The translations under genes and the position numbers were made by a program. The notes under the pieces are model-generated. The model was not told where the DNA came from. It searched no databases and saw nothing but the letters and a program-made list of their open reading frames with translations. From a virus (lineage: Duplodnaviria > Caudoviricetes), in the IMG/VR virus record IMGVR_UViG_3300031954_000019, positions 1-41,982 of that record: 41,982 nucleotides of DNA; one strand, given 5' to 3'. Every line of letters starts with the position of its first letter. Position 1 is the first letter of the stretch. Positions 6,955 through 15,445 of this stretch are shown here, piece by piece.

Positions 6955-7233
6955 CTAGGGCTTATCTAGGCTGAAATGCGAAACGCCACCGCGCTGCCGC
7001 CGCTTTTTGATGGTTTCCTTGATCCAATGACCGGTCTGAGACTTCTCCCAGCCCGCTGAATACATTTCATCGATTGAAAGGCAGCGCCGGTTAGCGCCGC
7101 CGTTCTCCCAGTTGCCCACACGGTGTAAAGAAAACCCGTACCCTGACCTAAAATATTCGCCGCAATCCGTGCATCGGCACTTGGCCGAGCCGCGCGGCAC
7201 CATCGGATCGAAAGGTATTGGTTTAATGCCCAT
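6955..7233 (-). CDS. small Zn-finger protein (phage FDXHR-like)
   Basis: CTDCGEYFRSGYGFSLHRVG...RRCLS..EM...GW. Confidence 0.65.
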   Translation of the reverse strand: MGIKPIPFDPMVPRGSAKCRCTDCGEYFRSGYGFSLHRVGNWENGGANRRCLSIDEMYSAGWEKSQTGHWIKETIKKRRQRGGVSHFSLDKP

Positions 7234-7411
7234 TGCCCACCGCTTTTTGGACTAGTTCTAATTGGCGTTGGCGGAACCGACGGGCTCCGCACATGTATGC
7301 GTAGATCGTTTGCGGTCGCTTTTTCAGGATCTTAGCGACCTGATAGCCGGTTAGCTCATAGCGTGCCATGAGTTCGCGCAGACGTTCCTTGGGAATCGAT
7401 TTCGAGAGCAT
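7223..7411 (-). CDS. small Cro/XRE-like helix-turn-helix protein
   Basis: LRELMARYELTGYQVAKILKKRPQTIYAYMCGARR fits the HTH pattern. Confidence 0.75.
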   Translation of the reverse strand: MLSKSIPKERLRELMARYELTGYQVAKILKKRPQTIYAYMCGARRFRQRQLELVQKAVGNGH

Positions 7412-7415
7412 GGTG

Positions 7416-7449
7416 CGTATTACTCTTGTGTCAGTTTTGTGTCAATACG
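7416..7449 (-). promoter_or_regulatory. Promoter/operator in front of the HTH gene
   Basis: TTGACA-17 bp-TAATAC on minus strand; TGACACAA repeated 11 bp apart; flanked by CGTATT/AATACG inverted repeat. Confidence 0.5.
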
Positions 7450-7782
7450 GGGAAGGTGCAAAATTTCGCGTGCGTCGTCGACCGTGTGCGCGATACCAGC
7501 GAAGCCGCCAGCTGCACTGACGGTATGAATGAAATTGATCTGCTCTCGACTGGCTTTCCCGCGAGCGCTCTTCAGCTCGATCGCGCAGAACACGGCCAGC
7601 TCCGTGCCGACGTCGATCGGCTTAATCAGGAGTCGACGCCAGCCGATCAAATCGGACATGCCGGGGATGCCGTACGCGATGCGCTTCTCAGCGTCATAGC
7701 CGACGTTCATTCTGAACAGGCGCACGGTATTGCCGACACTGAGGTGCGCACGCACGTCATGCAGCAGGTCACGTTCTTTCAT
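7420..7782 (-). CDS. VRR-NUC domain nuclease
   Basis: LFRMNVG, GIPGMSDLIG, FCAIELKSARGKASREQINF, AGGFAGIA: PD-(D/E)xK VRR-NUC signature. Confidence 0.85.
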   Translation of the reverse strand: MKERDLLHDVRAHLSVGNTVRLFRMNVGYDAEKRIAYGIPGMSDLIGWRRLLIKPIDVGTELAVFCAIELKSARGKASREQINFIHTVSAAGGFAGIAHTVDDAREILHLPRIDTKLTQE

Positions 7783-7794
7783 CGTAGACCGGCC

Positions 7795-7986
7795 TCATTT
7801 GATGACTTTTAATTCTCGCTGTCGGTAATACCAATGATTAGGTTTACCGGCGACACGAGTAGCGAATTTACTCAATGCCTCGTCTCGAAACTTCACGGGG
7901 ATCACACTGGGCCCGCCATCGGCTTTATGATTCTCATAGAAGTCAATCAAGGCATTCAGCCGGTCCAAGTCAGTTTTGGTTTTCAT
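7795..7986 (-). CDS. hypothetical protein
   Basis: 63-aa ORF with GGAGG upstream, co-oriented in operon. Confidence 0.65.
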   Translation of the reverse strand: MKTKTDLDRLNALIDFYENHKADGGPSVIPVKFRDEALSKFATRVAGKPNHWYYRQRELKVIK

Positions 7987-8401
7987 CCGATCCTCCGCAG
8001 GTCAAAACGACTGCGGTGCATTTTCCTGGGTAATACCAACTCCACGACAAAAATTCTGTTTTTAAGCCGTGTCTTGCAGCGTAAGCCAGAATATCTTTCC
8101 GTGGAGCATAGCTATGAGTGACCACAGCCACTGTGCGTCCGTTTTTGTTGTATACCTCGGCATGGTCTATCACGGGGTAAGCGGACATTCGTTTACGCTC
8201 GCTCAAGCGCCAGCCACGTGCCGCTGCGAACGCTTGCCTTGCGGCACGTTGCAACGAATCGAGTGCAGCGCTCGTTTCCCGTGATCGCCGGAGGATCTCG
8301 CGTCTTTCAGCCACCGGCACATCGCGTTTAAAATTGGTTGCGCGGTACGCTAAGGTTCGTTCAGCCATCGCTTGCCTGATCGCTGCAGCTGTCGGCATCA
8401 T
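7970..8401 (-). CDS. hypothetical protein
   Basis: In ORF 7970..8449; ATG 8401 overlaps the helicase TGA. Confidence 0.6.
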   Translation of the reverse strand: MMPTAAAIRQAMAERTLAYRATNFKRDVPVAERREILRRSRETSAALDSLQRAARQAFAAARGWRLSERKRMSAYPVIDHAEVYNKNGRTVAVVTHSYAPRKDILAYAARHGLKTEFLSWSWYYPGKCTAVVLTCGGSDENQN

Positions 8402-9789
8402 CCAATTCTCCGTTTCGCTGCTCTCCCGCGCATGACGTGATGCGCCCACATGTAGGGATTTTTCATCCCACGTCGCTTACCTAAATCTATGAGGGCCGAG
8501 AGGGTTTGCGCGGACCCTTGTTCTTTGCGTTTACGTTTGAGGATGAGTGCGTCTGCCGAAAGTTCTTCAAGACTTCCTCGTACTTCTGCAACTTTCCTCG
8601 GCTGGACTGGGAAGATCGCTCCGCAAGAGCGACAGACCAAGGCAGCTGCGGGTGAGACTGCAAAGCACGTTGGGCACGTTCGCAGGCTTCTTCGATCGAG
8701 GTCGCCGTGAGCCACCTTAGCAGCGCCAGCCAAAGACCACGATCTTGATTCAGTAGGCAAGCCGTGTCGGAAGACATTGCCAGCATGGTCAAATAGGACG
8801 GCGCACGTTTTCCCTTGAAGTGGCCTAAGTATTCGGCCCGCTTGTTGGAGCCAGAGCGTAAGGCTTTTGGTAGGGCGGAGACAGATGCCCACTTCGATCG
8901 CATCGAGGTCGAAACCCTCGGAGATGAGGTCGACACTGACAAGTATCTGGATCCGTCCGGCGCGAAACGCGGCGACCGCCAAGGTTCGAATGTCTCGCGG
9001 GGTTTCTCCATCGATACACTCGGCTGCGAAGCCGGCGGCTCTGAAGGCTTCGGCTCTCTTGTGGGCCGCCTCCCGAGATACGTCGAAAACAACGCACCGG
9101 GCTCCTTCCGTGTATCGACGGTAATGCTCGATACAGTCTCCGGTAACAGTGGGCCGGTCGCACCGGTCAATGATTTCAGCGGCAATATAATCGCCGTATC
9201 GGGTATGCATGCCTTCAGTGTCGACCGTGGGCGGAGCATAGACACGAACGGGGGTAAGGTACCCTTGCCGGATGAGTTCGTCATGTGTTGGTCCCTGTAT
9301 TAAGTCATCGAAGAATTGATCTAGTCCTTCGCCCGATAGGCGCGTAGGAGTCGCCGTAACACCGAGAATCTTCGCCTGCGGATATGCCTGCACAACGCGG
9401 CCCCAAGTAGTGCGGGATACGCAATGATGAGCCTCATCGACAACGGTAAGATCCGGTGTGAACGCATCTAATCTCTTGGCGACTGTGAACACCGAGCCGA
9501 CATAGACGTCGTGACCGGGAACGAATTCGTAGCCTGCAGCGATGAAACCATGTGGACAGTCCTCACGTGTCAACGCGGCACTGATTTGCTCCACCAGTTC
9601 GATGCGATGAGCAAGTAGCAGCACCTTCGTACCGCGCGCACGGGCGCCCGCCACGACATGAGCGAATATGACGGTTTTTCCTGCGCCACAGGGAGCGCAC
9701 AGTAAGGGCGCTCGATGCCCCAGACGATATGAGTTGCGAATCTCACCGATCGCTTTGGCCTGATAGTTGCGAAGTTCAATCACATACAC
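8398..9789 (-). CDS. SF2 DEAH-box helicase with C-terminal Zn ribbon
   Basis: LRNYQ, PCGAGKT, DEAHH, TATP, SEGFD, QQAGRILRP, CPTC...CRSC. Confidence 0.92.
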   Translation of the reverse strand: MYVIELRNYQAKAIGEIRNSYRLGHRAPLLCAPCGAGKTVIFAHVVAGARARGTKVLLLAHRIELVEQISAALTREDCPHGFIAAGYEFVPGHDVYVGSVFTVAKRLDAFTPDLTVVDEAHHCVSRTTWGRVVQAYPQAKILGVTATPTRLSGEGLDQFFDDLIQGPTHDELIRQGYLTPVRVYAPPTVDTEGMHTRYGDYIAAEIIDRCDRPTVTGDCIEHYRRYTEGARCVVFDVSREAAHKRAEAFRAAGFAAECIDGETPRDIRTLAVAAFRAGRIQILVSVDLISEGFDLDAIEVGICLRPTKSLTLWLQQAGRILRPLQGKTCAVLFDHAGNVFRHGLPTESRSWSLAGAAKVAHGDLDRRSLRTCPTCFAVSPAAALVCRSCGAIFPVQPRKVAEVRGSLEELSADALILKRKRKEQGSAQTLSALIDLGKRRGMKNPYMWAHHVMRGRAAKRRIG

Positions 9790-9848
9790 TCCCTATTGAC
9801 AGAGTTGATTCTAGCGCGCATGCTCGCCCGCGTGCAAATAGGAGACAC
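9790..9848. promoter_or_regulatory. Overlapping divergent sigma70-like promoters
   Basis: Plus: TTGACA(9796-9801)-17-CATGCT; minus: TTGCAC-18-TAGAAT; lies between divergent operons. Confidence 0.55.
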
Positions 9849-9852
9849 GCAC

Positions 9853-10464
9853 ATGGCTAACAATGCCGTCTTAACTGTCGAACAGGCTAAAGCAATCACT
9901 GGCGGTCGTGAGCCGCTGACCCCGGTCGAGTTCACCGAAGCCTGCAAACTGCTGGCTGAGTGCCGGGGAATAGACGAAGCCAAATACTGGGCTGATAAGG
10001 CTTCTGCGCTCGCCGCATGGGCCAAAATTTACCACTCCACTCGGATAGCGCGCGAGGCGCGCTTGCTCAAGCTGCATGCTTACCGGCGCATGGCGGAACT
10101 GGCTAAGGAAATCAAAAAGTCCAATGGCACCGCGCCGGCCAAAGTGCTGACTGATCAGGGACTGAAGAAATGGGAAGCGAACGAAGTCATGGCTGTCGGC
10201 CGCGTATCCAAAGAAAAATTTGAGGCTGCCGTCGCTGCAGCCGTACCGCCGGCCCCCTCCTACTTCAAGCGTTCCGCCGTCGCGTTCAACGGCAGCGTCG
10301 GCAACGCCATGCGCGCGTTGCATTACTTCACGATACGGATCGATGCGACCGAAATGGCGCAGCAGGTTCCGCCTAAAGAGGTGAAGTATTACCAGCGCAT
10401 GGTCGAATCGCTCAGCGACTGGCTCGATGAATTTGACCAGCACCTGAAGGGCGCCAAAGAATGA
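9853..10464 (+). CDS. hypothetical protein
   Basis: In ORF 9796..10464; ATG 9853 after TAGGAGACAC; helical IDEAKYWADKASALAAWAK segment. Confidence 0.75.
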   Translation: MANNAVLTVEQAKAITGGREPLTPVEFTEACKLLAECRGIDEAKYWADKASALAAWAKIYHSTRIAREARLLKLHAYRRMAELAKEIKKSNGTAPAKVLTDQGLKKWEANEVMAVGRVSKEKFEAAVAAAVPPAPSYFKRSAVAFNGSVGNAMRALHYFTIRIDATEMAQQVPPKEVKYYQRMVESLSDWLDEFDQHLKGAKE

Positions 10465-11429
10465 CTGTACACACCTTCGATACCGAAGCTGCATGGCTCG
10501 ACGCCCGCGCCAAGTGCGTCAGCAGCACCGAGTCGGCCGCGCTATTCGGCATGTCGCCGTATCTAACTGCTTACGAATTGGGGGTCGAGAAGCAGGGCAT
10601 GCTCGCGCCGGCCGAGCTGTCGAAAAACGAGCGCGTGACTTGGGGACGTCGTCTACAGGATGCCATCGCACAGGGCATAGCAGACGACTTCAAAGTGGCT
10701 ATCGCAGGACAGGAGTACGTCTACATCACGCACGAAGACGAGCCGCGCATGGGAGCATCGTTTGACTACTGGGTCACTGCTGCCGGCGACGAGCGCAATG
10801 CGCTCACCGATCTCTTTCACGAACACGGCCCCGGCCTGCTGGAAATAAAAAATGTTGATTGGCTCATCTTCAAAGACTGGCCCCTGCCGGATGCGCCTGA
10901 CCACATCGAAATCCAAGTGCAGCACCAGCTGGAAGTTGCCGGATTGGAATGGGCCATTATTGGCGTACTCATCGGTGGGAACCGACAAGAGATTTTCGTA
11001 CGGCGGCGGGATCGTCAGGTTGGCGCGGCGATTAAGAAACGCATTCACGACTTTTGGCACGATCTTGAGGCTGGTGTTCTTCCTTCACCCACCATGCCGC
11101 AGGATGCGGATATCGTCATTAAATTACACCAATACGCAGAGCCGGGGCTCGTGCTCGACGCGCAGAACGATCTGGTTCTAGCGAATTTGTGCGAGGAGTA
11201 CGACTCCGCGCGGCACGTCGCCAAAGAGGCTGAGACTGCACAACGCACGCTCATGGCGAAGATCCTGACGCACATAGGGGATGCGGAGCGTGCGCTACTC
11301 AGCGAGTTCAGCGTCTCAGCCGGCATGGTTGCGGAGACTGAGGTACGGGCGTACAAGCGTCCCGCCTATCGTAACTGTCGCATCACTAGGAAACGCAGTG
11401 GAAAAGACAAGACACAATCTGCCAAATAA
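10461..11429 (+). CDS. YqaJ-like viral recombinase exonuclease
   Basis: WLDAR..VSSTE.AALFG.SPY, WGRRLQ, ASFD, LEIKN, QVQHQL, LIGGN; upstream of RecT. Confidence 0.88.
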   Translation: MTVHTFDTEAAWLDARAKCVSSTESAALFGMSPYLTAYELGVEKQGMLAPAELSKNERVTWGRRLQDAIAQGIADDFKVAIAGQEYVYITHEDEPRMGASFDYWVTAAGDERNALTDLFHEHGPGLLEIKNVDWLIFKDWPLPDAPDHIEIQVQHQLEVAGLEWAIIGVLIGGNRQEIFVRRRDRQVGAAIKKRIHDFWHDLEAGVLPSPTMPQDADIVIKLHQYAEPGLVLDAQNDLVLANLCEEYDSARHVAKEAETAQRTLMAKILTHIGDAERALLSEFSVSAGMVAETEVRAYKRPAYRNCRITRKRSGKDKTQSAK

Positions 11430-11643
11430 TCTGTCGTGTTTGCAGTGTCGGTTTTGTGACCAAGTCACCAATCTGGTACAGCAGCGCACGGTTAATATCT
11501 GTCGGCTGAAACCGCCCAGCGTGCACGCGATGCCGGGGCTCGATCAGCAGACACGACAAGTCGGCTGGATGCAGACAACGCTGTGGCCGGAAATCGCTGC
11601 GGCGGATTGGTGTGGAGAATTCGAAGCTAGATTAGCTTCATAG
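11398..11643 (+). CDS. hypothetical Cys-containing protein
   Basis: In ORF 11281..11643; CLQCRFC...CRLKPP...WPEI...DWCGEF pattern of small phage proteins. Confidence 0.65.
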   Translation: MEKTRHNLPNNLSCLQCRFCDQVTNLVQQRTVNICRLKPPSVHAMPGLDQQTRQVGWMQTTLWPEIAAADWCGEFEARLAS

Positions 11644-11655
11644 CGAGGGCATCCC

Positions 11656-11829
11656 ATGGAGACACTACTGTTGATGTTTGCTTATACCACCGGAGACGCG
11701 CCGTTCTGCCTTGTCGATAACTTCGGCAACATGACGTGTTTCTATTACACATTGGATGCATGCGAGCGCGCGGCCGATCATCACATCGGCAGTTCGGAAT
11801 GCGTCGTGAATCCAAACCGGGAGGATTGA
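11656..11829 (+). CDS. 57-aa four-Cys protein, DUF3551-like pattern
   Basis: Translated by hand: METLLLMFAYTTGDAPFCLVDNFGNMTCFYYTLDACERAADHHIGSSECVVNPNRED; fills the gap before recT. Confidence 0.55.
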   Translation: METLLLMFAYTTGDAPFCLVDNFGNMTCFYYTLDACERAADHHIGSSECVVNPNRED

Positions 11830-11830
11830 C

Positions 11831-12718
11831 ATGGCTGAACCAAAAAAAGACATCTCTGTACTGGTGAACACGATCCAGCATCGTGACCTGCAAGAGGTGC
11901 TGCGTAAGACGCTCCCTGCAAGCGTGTCACAGGAGCGGTTTACTCAGGCTGTAGTCGCTGCGATCAAGCATCGGCCTGAGATTTTCTTAGAGTGTGACCG
12001 AGGATCGGTCTACAGTTCTATCGTGGAGGCGGCCAAGGACGGCCTTCTCCCCGACGGACGACACGGGGCTCTGGTGCCGTTCCGCCCCAAGGGTGGGGGA
12101 CCGTCGCGCTGCCAGTTCCTGATAATGCCCGAAGGTATTATTGACAAATTGGCGAAAATAGGCATCACCTGCTATGCAACGTCGGTCTACGCCGGGGATC
12201 GTATACGGATCTGGAACGATGACACCGGCCAGCATGTCGAGCACGAACCGGTCACGTTCGGCTCCAGAGGCGACAGGATCGGCGCCTATGCCTGCGCGAG
12301 GATCCAGAAGACAGGCGTGACCTACGTCGAAGCCATGAACATGCAAGACTTGGAGGCGCCAAAGCGGGTCACCAAGTCAAAGGACAAGGGCGGAAACCTC
12401 GTCGGCGCGTGGGCCGAATGGCCCGATCGCATGGAGCAGAAGACGTGCCTGCACCGGATCTGCCGGCGCCTGCCCAACGTCGAGCTGCCTGATGATGAAG
12501 AATTCCGCGAGCCGGAGCGGCCGGCCATTACGATAGACTCCGCGCCCATTGCCAGCGCACCGGCCCCTTCTGGAAACGGACGGTCTGCCGCGCTGCAGCG
12601 GGTAGTTGATGCCGACAGTGTTGTGTCTCCCACTTCGCCCACGGCACCAGCTCCCGTTGCAGCGCAGGCTACTGAAGAAGAAGCACCCCCCTATACCGAC
12701 ACAGAGGTTCCGTTCTGA
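11831..12718 (+). CDS. recT: RecT-family single-strand annealing protein
   Basis: LPASVSQERF, CDRGSVYSSIVEAAKDGLLPDG, LVPF, GAYACA, WAEWPDRMEQKTCLHRICRRLP. Confidence 0.9.
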   Translation: MAEPKKDISVLVNTIQHRDLQEVLRKTLPASVSQERFTQAVVAAIKHRPEIFLECDRGSVYSSIVEAAKDGLLPDGRHGALVPFRPKGGGPSRCQFLIMPEGIIDKLAKIGITCYATSVYAGDRIRIWNDDTGQHVEHEPVTFGSRGDRIGAYACARIQKTGVTYVEAMNMQDLEAPKRVTKSKDKGGNLVGAWAEWPDRMEQKTCLHRICRRLPNVELPDDEEFREPERPAITIDSAPIASAPAPSGNGRSAALQRVVDADSVVSPTSPTAPAPVAAQATEEEAPPYTDTEVPF

Positions 12719-12891
12719 TGGACCCGCTAATTGAGCAAGCGATTAAACTCGCTGCTGACGCAGCCAATGACGCTTGGCGCGCAGGGTTTGCCCAAGGTTA
12801 CAGAGAGGGGGCTAAGTGGGCGCTCGATGAAGCGATGAAGATCCTGACGGGGAAGAAGAATCCTGAGTCATCGACTCAGACTCCACCATGA
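12718..12891 (+). CDS. hypothetical 57-aa protein
   Basis: Translated by hand (MDPLIEQAIKLAADAANDAWRAGFAQGYREG...); overlaps both neighbours (TGATG, ATGA). Confidence 0.6.
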   Translation: MDPLIEQAIKLAADAANDAWRAGFAQGYREGAKWALDEAMKILTGKKNPESSTQTPP

Positions 12892-13289
12892 CTGACCTTA
12901 TCCAGCGGCTGCGTACATGGGCGGGATGGTGCCATGTGCAGAACATCAAAGCGGAAGTTCAAGCTGTTATGTATGAAGCCGCCGACGAGCTGGAGCGCAT
13001 ATCCTCGGTACTTGTCGATAAAGACAGAGAGATCGAGCGCCTGACGCGGGAGATAGCGTCTGCTGGCAGCATTGCGGCTGTCAATGCGCGGCAGTGCGAG
13101 ATCATCACTCGCCTGACGCGGGAGCGGGATGGATTGCAGAACGCTTTCGATCACCGCGTAGAGGATCACGAAGAATTGATCCAAGACTATCACCGCCTCC
13201 GCGCGGCGCTGGAGCTGATCATGCGTAAGGAAGGCACCGACGAGAGGTCTTACGACATCGCCCGCGAAGCGTTCAAGGGGGAGAAATGA
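12888..13289 (+). CDS. coiled-coil hypothetical protein (Ead/Ea22-like mosaic)
   Basis: MTDLIQRLR...EAADELE...EIERL...RLRAAL. Confidence 0.7.
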   Translation: MTDLIQRLRTWAGWCHVQNIKAEVQAVMYEAADELERISSVLVDKDREIERLTREIASAGSIAAVNARQCEIITRLTRERDGLQNAFDHRVEDHEELIQDYHRLRAALELIMRKEGTDERSYDIAREAFKGEK

Positions 13290-13549
13290 GTGATCTCATC
13301 CAGCGGCTGCGCACGATGAATATCGCGCTGACGCATGAAGCCGCCGACGAGCTGGAGCTGTTCATCGAATGGAAGAAAGTAGCAATGGAGGAGGCGCGCT
13401 GCGCTGAGAAGGAGATCGAGCGCCTCCGCGCCGCGCTGAAGGAAATTGCGGAGATGCTGATACCCGGCGGCGGATTAGCCGTCGATGCGTGCATGAAAGC
13501 CATCGCCCGCAAAGCGCTGTGGAACCAAATACCTAGGCCACTCCCCTGA
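13286..13549 (+). CDS. paralogue of the preceding gene
   Basis: MSDLIQRLR...EAADELE...EIERLRAAL; shares a 24-nt identical block with it. Confidence 0.7.
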   Translation: MSDLIQRLRTMNIALTHEAADELELFIEWKKVAMEEARCAEKEIERLRAALKEIAEMLIPGGGLAVDACMKAIARKALWNQIPRPLP

Positions 13550-13952
13550 CCTTCTCGACCGTCCGGTAGGCGCCGAGTCCCAGCATTCCAAATAGCAGGG
13601 TCATCAGCGTATTCCCGTCGAGCGTCGGGAACACGATCGTCTTGCCAAATAGCGCCGACACCCACGTAGCGGTAGGCGCGAACACGAACTGAAAGAATAG
13701 GCCCGACGCGCATATCCAGCCGACGAACGGGCGCCAGTAGCTCTTGAATTTCTCCGTACTCTGCGCTTCTGCGAGATTGACCTGACTCTGCGCGGTCGCG
13801 ATCTGCAGCTGGGCATCTAACTCCTTCAGCTGTTGATTCTGTTGCAGCTGCAAGAGTTCTACCTGTAGCTTTGCCCGATCTTCCGCTGAAGGAATGTATT
13901 TCTCTACCAGCTGCAGCACCGGCCCAAGCAGCAGGTCAATGATCGGGCTCAT
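13533..13952 (-). CDS. holin of the 3TM / gene-transfer-release type
   Basis: QVNLAEAQS, WRPFVGWIC, LLFGMLGLGAYRTVEKVRGV. Confidence 0.85.
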   Translation of the reverse strand: MSPIIDLLLGPVLQLVEKYIPSAEDRAKLQVELLQLQQNQQLKELDAQLQIATAQSQVNLAEAQSTEKFKSYWRPFVGWICASGLFFQFVFAPTATWVSALFGKTIVFPTLDGNTLMTLLFGMLGLGAYRTVEKVRGVA

Positions 13953-14254
13953 CGTCGTCCCCTTTCGAGTCGCTCTAATCGCTCGTCGATCGATCGCATG
14001 TGCTCATCCTGCTCTTTGTTCTTCTGCAGCACTGCCCCCTGCCGCTCCTCTAGGATATCCAGCCGGCGCAAGACTTCGGTATGCGCGAGGTTATTCGAAT
14101 CGTTCCAGCGCTCGATTTTGTCCAGCTGTTTGTTGACGGTGCCATCGAATAACCATACTGCCACCGGCAGCATGATCGACCATGCGGTAAATCCGAATCC
14201 TAGAACCTTGAGCCATCCTGCTGCATTACCGTTAGCGTCGACGACCTTCGTCAT
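13949..14254 (-). CDS. single-TM coiled-coil protein in the lysis cassette
   Basis: N-terminal hydrophobic helix then heptad region; between endolysin and holin. Confidence 0.65.
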   Translation of the reverse strand: MTKVVDANGNAAGWLKVLGFGFTAWSIMLPVAVWLFDGTVNKQLDKIERWNDSNNLAHTEVLRRLDILEERQGAVLQKNKEQDEHMRSIDERLERLERGRR

Positions 14255-14685
14255 GCACTCTCCGGCAAGGGCACATCCGCAGTGACTTGAGCCACGTACG
14301 TCTGTGTCTCTTTGAACGGTGGGATGCCCTTATACCGTCGAACGTTGCCGAGCCCTGCGTTGTACGCTGCTATGGCGAGGCGCCAGTCCTTTGTATCTGT
14401 GTGCATATTCACTAGGAACTGCGCCGCCTCTTCGATCTGATCCCCCACGTCTTCGTCAGTGAACGGTATCGGCCGGCGGACTGAGGTGAAGAACGGGGAA
14501 CGTAACTGCATCATGCCGAGTGCGCCGATCGGCGAAACGTACGTGCCCCGAATGATGTCCTCCCGAAAGTGACTTTCCTGATACGCGATGCGCGCCAGAA
14601 GATCCGGCGGGATCCCCCAGAGATTTTCTGCTGTATGCAGTACCGGCACCCAGATTGGACCCTGTCCTTCGTCTTCCCAACTCAT
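14251..14685 (-). CDS. SLT-domain lytic transglycosylase (probable endolysin)
   Basis: AYQESHF (catalytic ES), GALGMMQL, AIAAYNAG, IPPFKETQTYV. Confidence 0.92.
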   Translation of the reverse strand: MSWEDEGQGPIWVPVLHTAENLWGIPPDLLARIAYQESHFREDIIRGTYVSPIGALGMMQLRSPFFTSVRRPIPFTDEDVGDQIEEAAQFLVNMHTDTKDWRLAIAAYNAGLGNVRRYKGIPPFKETQTYVAQVTADVPLPESA

Positions 14686-15260
14686 TTGCGCAGCTGCTTG
14701 GTGAGATGGAAAATAATGTCATTCATCGAGTTCACATATCGCTGCATGGCGAACGTCTTGACTTCATCATGCTTCGTTGACAGCCAACCGTCCCACGCGA
14801 ACGCTGTCGTCGGACAGTCGAAATCGCAGCTGTATCCAAACGCACCATTCGTTTTCGCCAAATCAGCGTGAGGAGCATTCGCCTCCCTCCATGCCTTGTT
14901 CAGATACAACGTAAACCAGCCGCTGATCGGGGGCCATTTGTGGGTAGGGTCTCCCAGTGCGCGGTCGTGAGCCCAGTAGGGGCATATCATGTGGAACTGC
15001 GCGCCCCAGTCGAGCACGCGATAGAGTTCATTGAAAAACACGATGCGCTCGCCGGCATCGAGATGCTCGATGAAGTGACTGGAATGCGCCTCTTCGACCG
15101 AGCAATCGGCCCAAGGCCACGGGGTAGTACGCACGTCCATGACGTGCTTCACCTTGCCATCGAACGGGTAAATATCGACCCCTTCGTACCCCTGCGCGGT
15201 ATTGGGACCACAGCCGAAGTCCAGCCGATGCTTCAATACGATTTCCGGTGCTGCACTCAT
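14682..15260 (-). CDS. class I SAM-dependent methyltransferase
   Basis: LDFGCG, GVD, PWPWADCSVEE, SHFIEHL, FNELYRVL, DPTH. Confidence 0.88.
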   Translation of the reverse strand: MSAAPEIVLKHRLDFGCGPNTAQGYEGVDIYPFDGKVKHVMDVRTTPWPWADCSVEEAHSSHFIEHLDAGERIVFFNELYRVLDWGAQFHMICPYWAHDRALGDPTHKWPPISGWFTLYLNKAWREANAPHADLAKTNGAFGYSCDFDCPTTAFAWDGWLSTKHDEVKTFAMQRYVNSMNDIIFHLTKQLRK

Positions 15261-15445
15261 GTCAACCACCTTGCCAATAGGTCGCGCAATTCAGGCCAAC
15301 TGATCTGTTTCATTTGCTGCTGATCGCCGCGACGTGCCCATATAACTGACTTCACGACGTGAATCACTAGGATTTCGTGTGGTTCGAACGGGCCGACTAA
15401 CTCACCAGACGGTATCGGCCGCTCCGAATTTTCCGTCGTAGTCAT
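15257..15445 (-). CDS. hypothetical protein
   Basis: 62-aa ORF linking GT and MTase genes; AGGGCAC upstream. Confidence 0.5.
   Translation of the reverse strand: MTTTENSERPIPSGELVGPFEPHEILVIHVVKSVIWARRGDQQQMKQISWPELRDLLARWLT

Noticed and set aside
6945-7292. TAG read-through or recoding joining ORF 6966..7292 to the helicase (same frame)
   Set aside because: The overlapping frame 6955..7233 has the convincing Zn-finger; TAG ends other clear genes (portal, scaffold, holin), so no genome-wide recoding
8487-9284. 265-aa alternate-frame ORF inside the helicase and similar long shadow ORFs (9871..10494, 18988..19614, 37103..37789, 39138..39755)
   Set aside because: Fully overlap well-supported genes; expected in GC-rich DNA; no motifs
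13949-14254. i-spanin/o-spanin pair
   Set aside because: Topology could fit an i-spanin but I see no nested or adjacent lipoprotein with a lipobox; left as unassigned membrane protein
14682-15260. DNA methyltransferase / anti-restriction role
   Set aside because: No DPPY/NPPY or PC catalytic motif; pattern and context fit small-molecule or sugar methyltransferases
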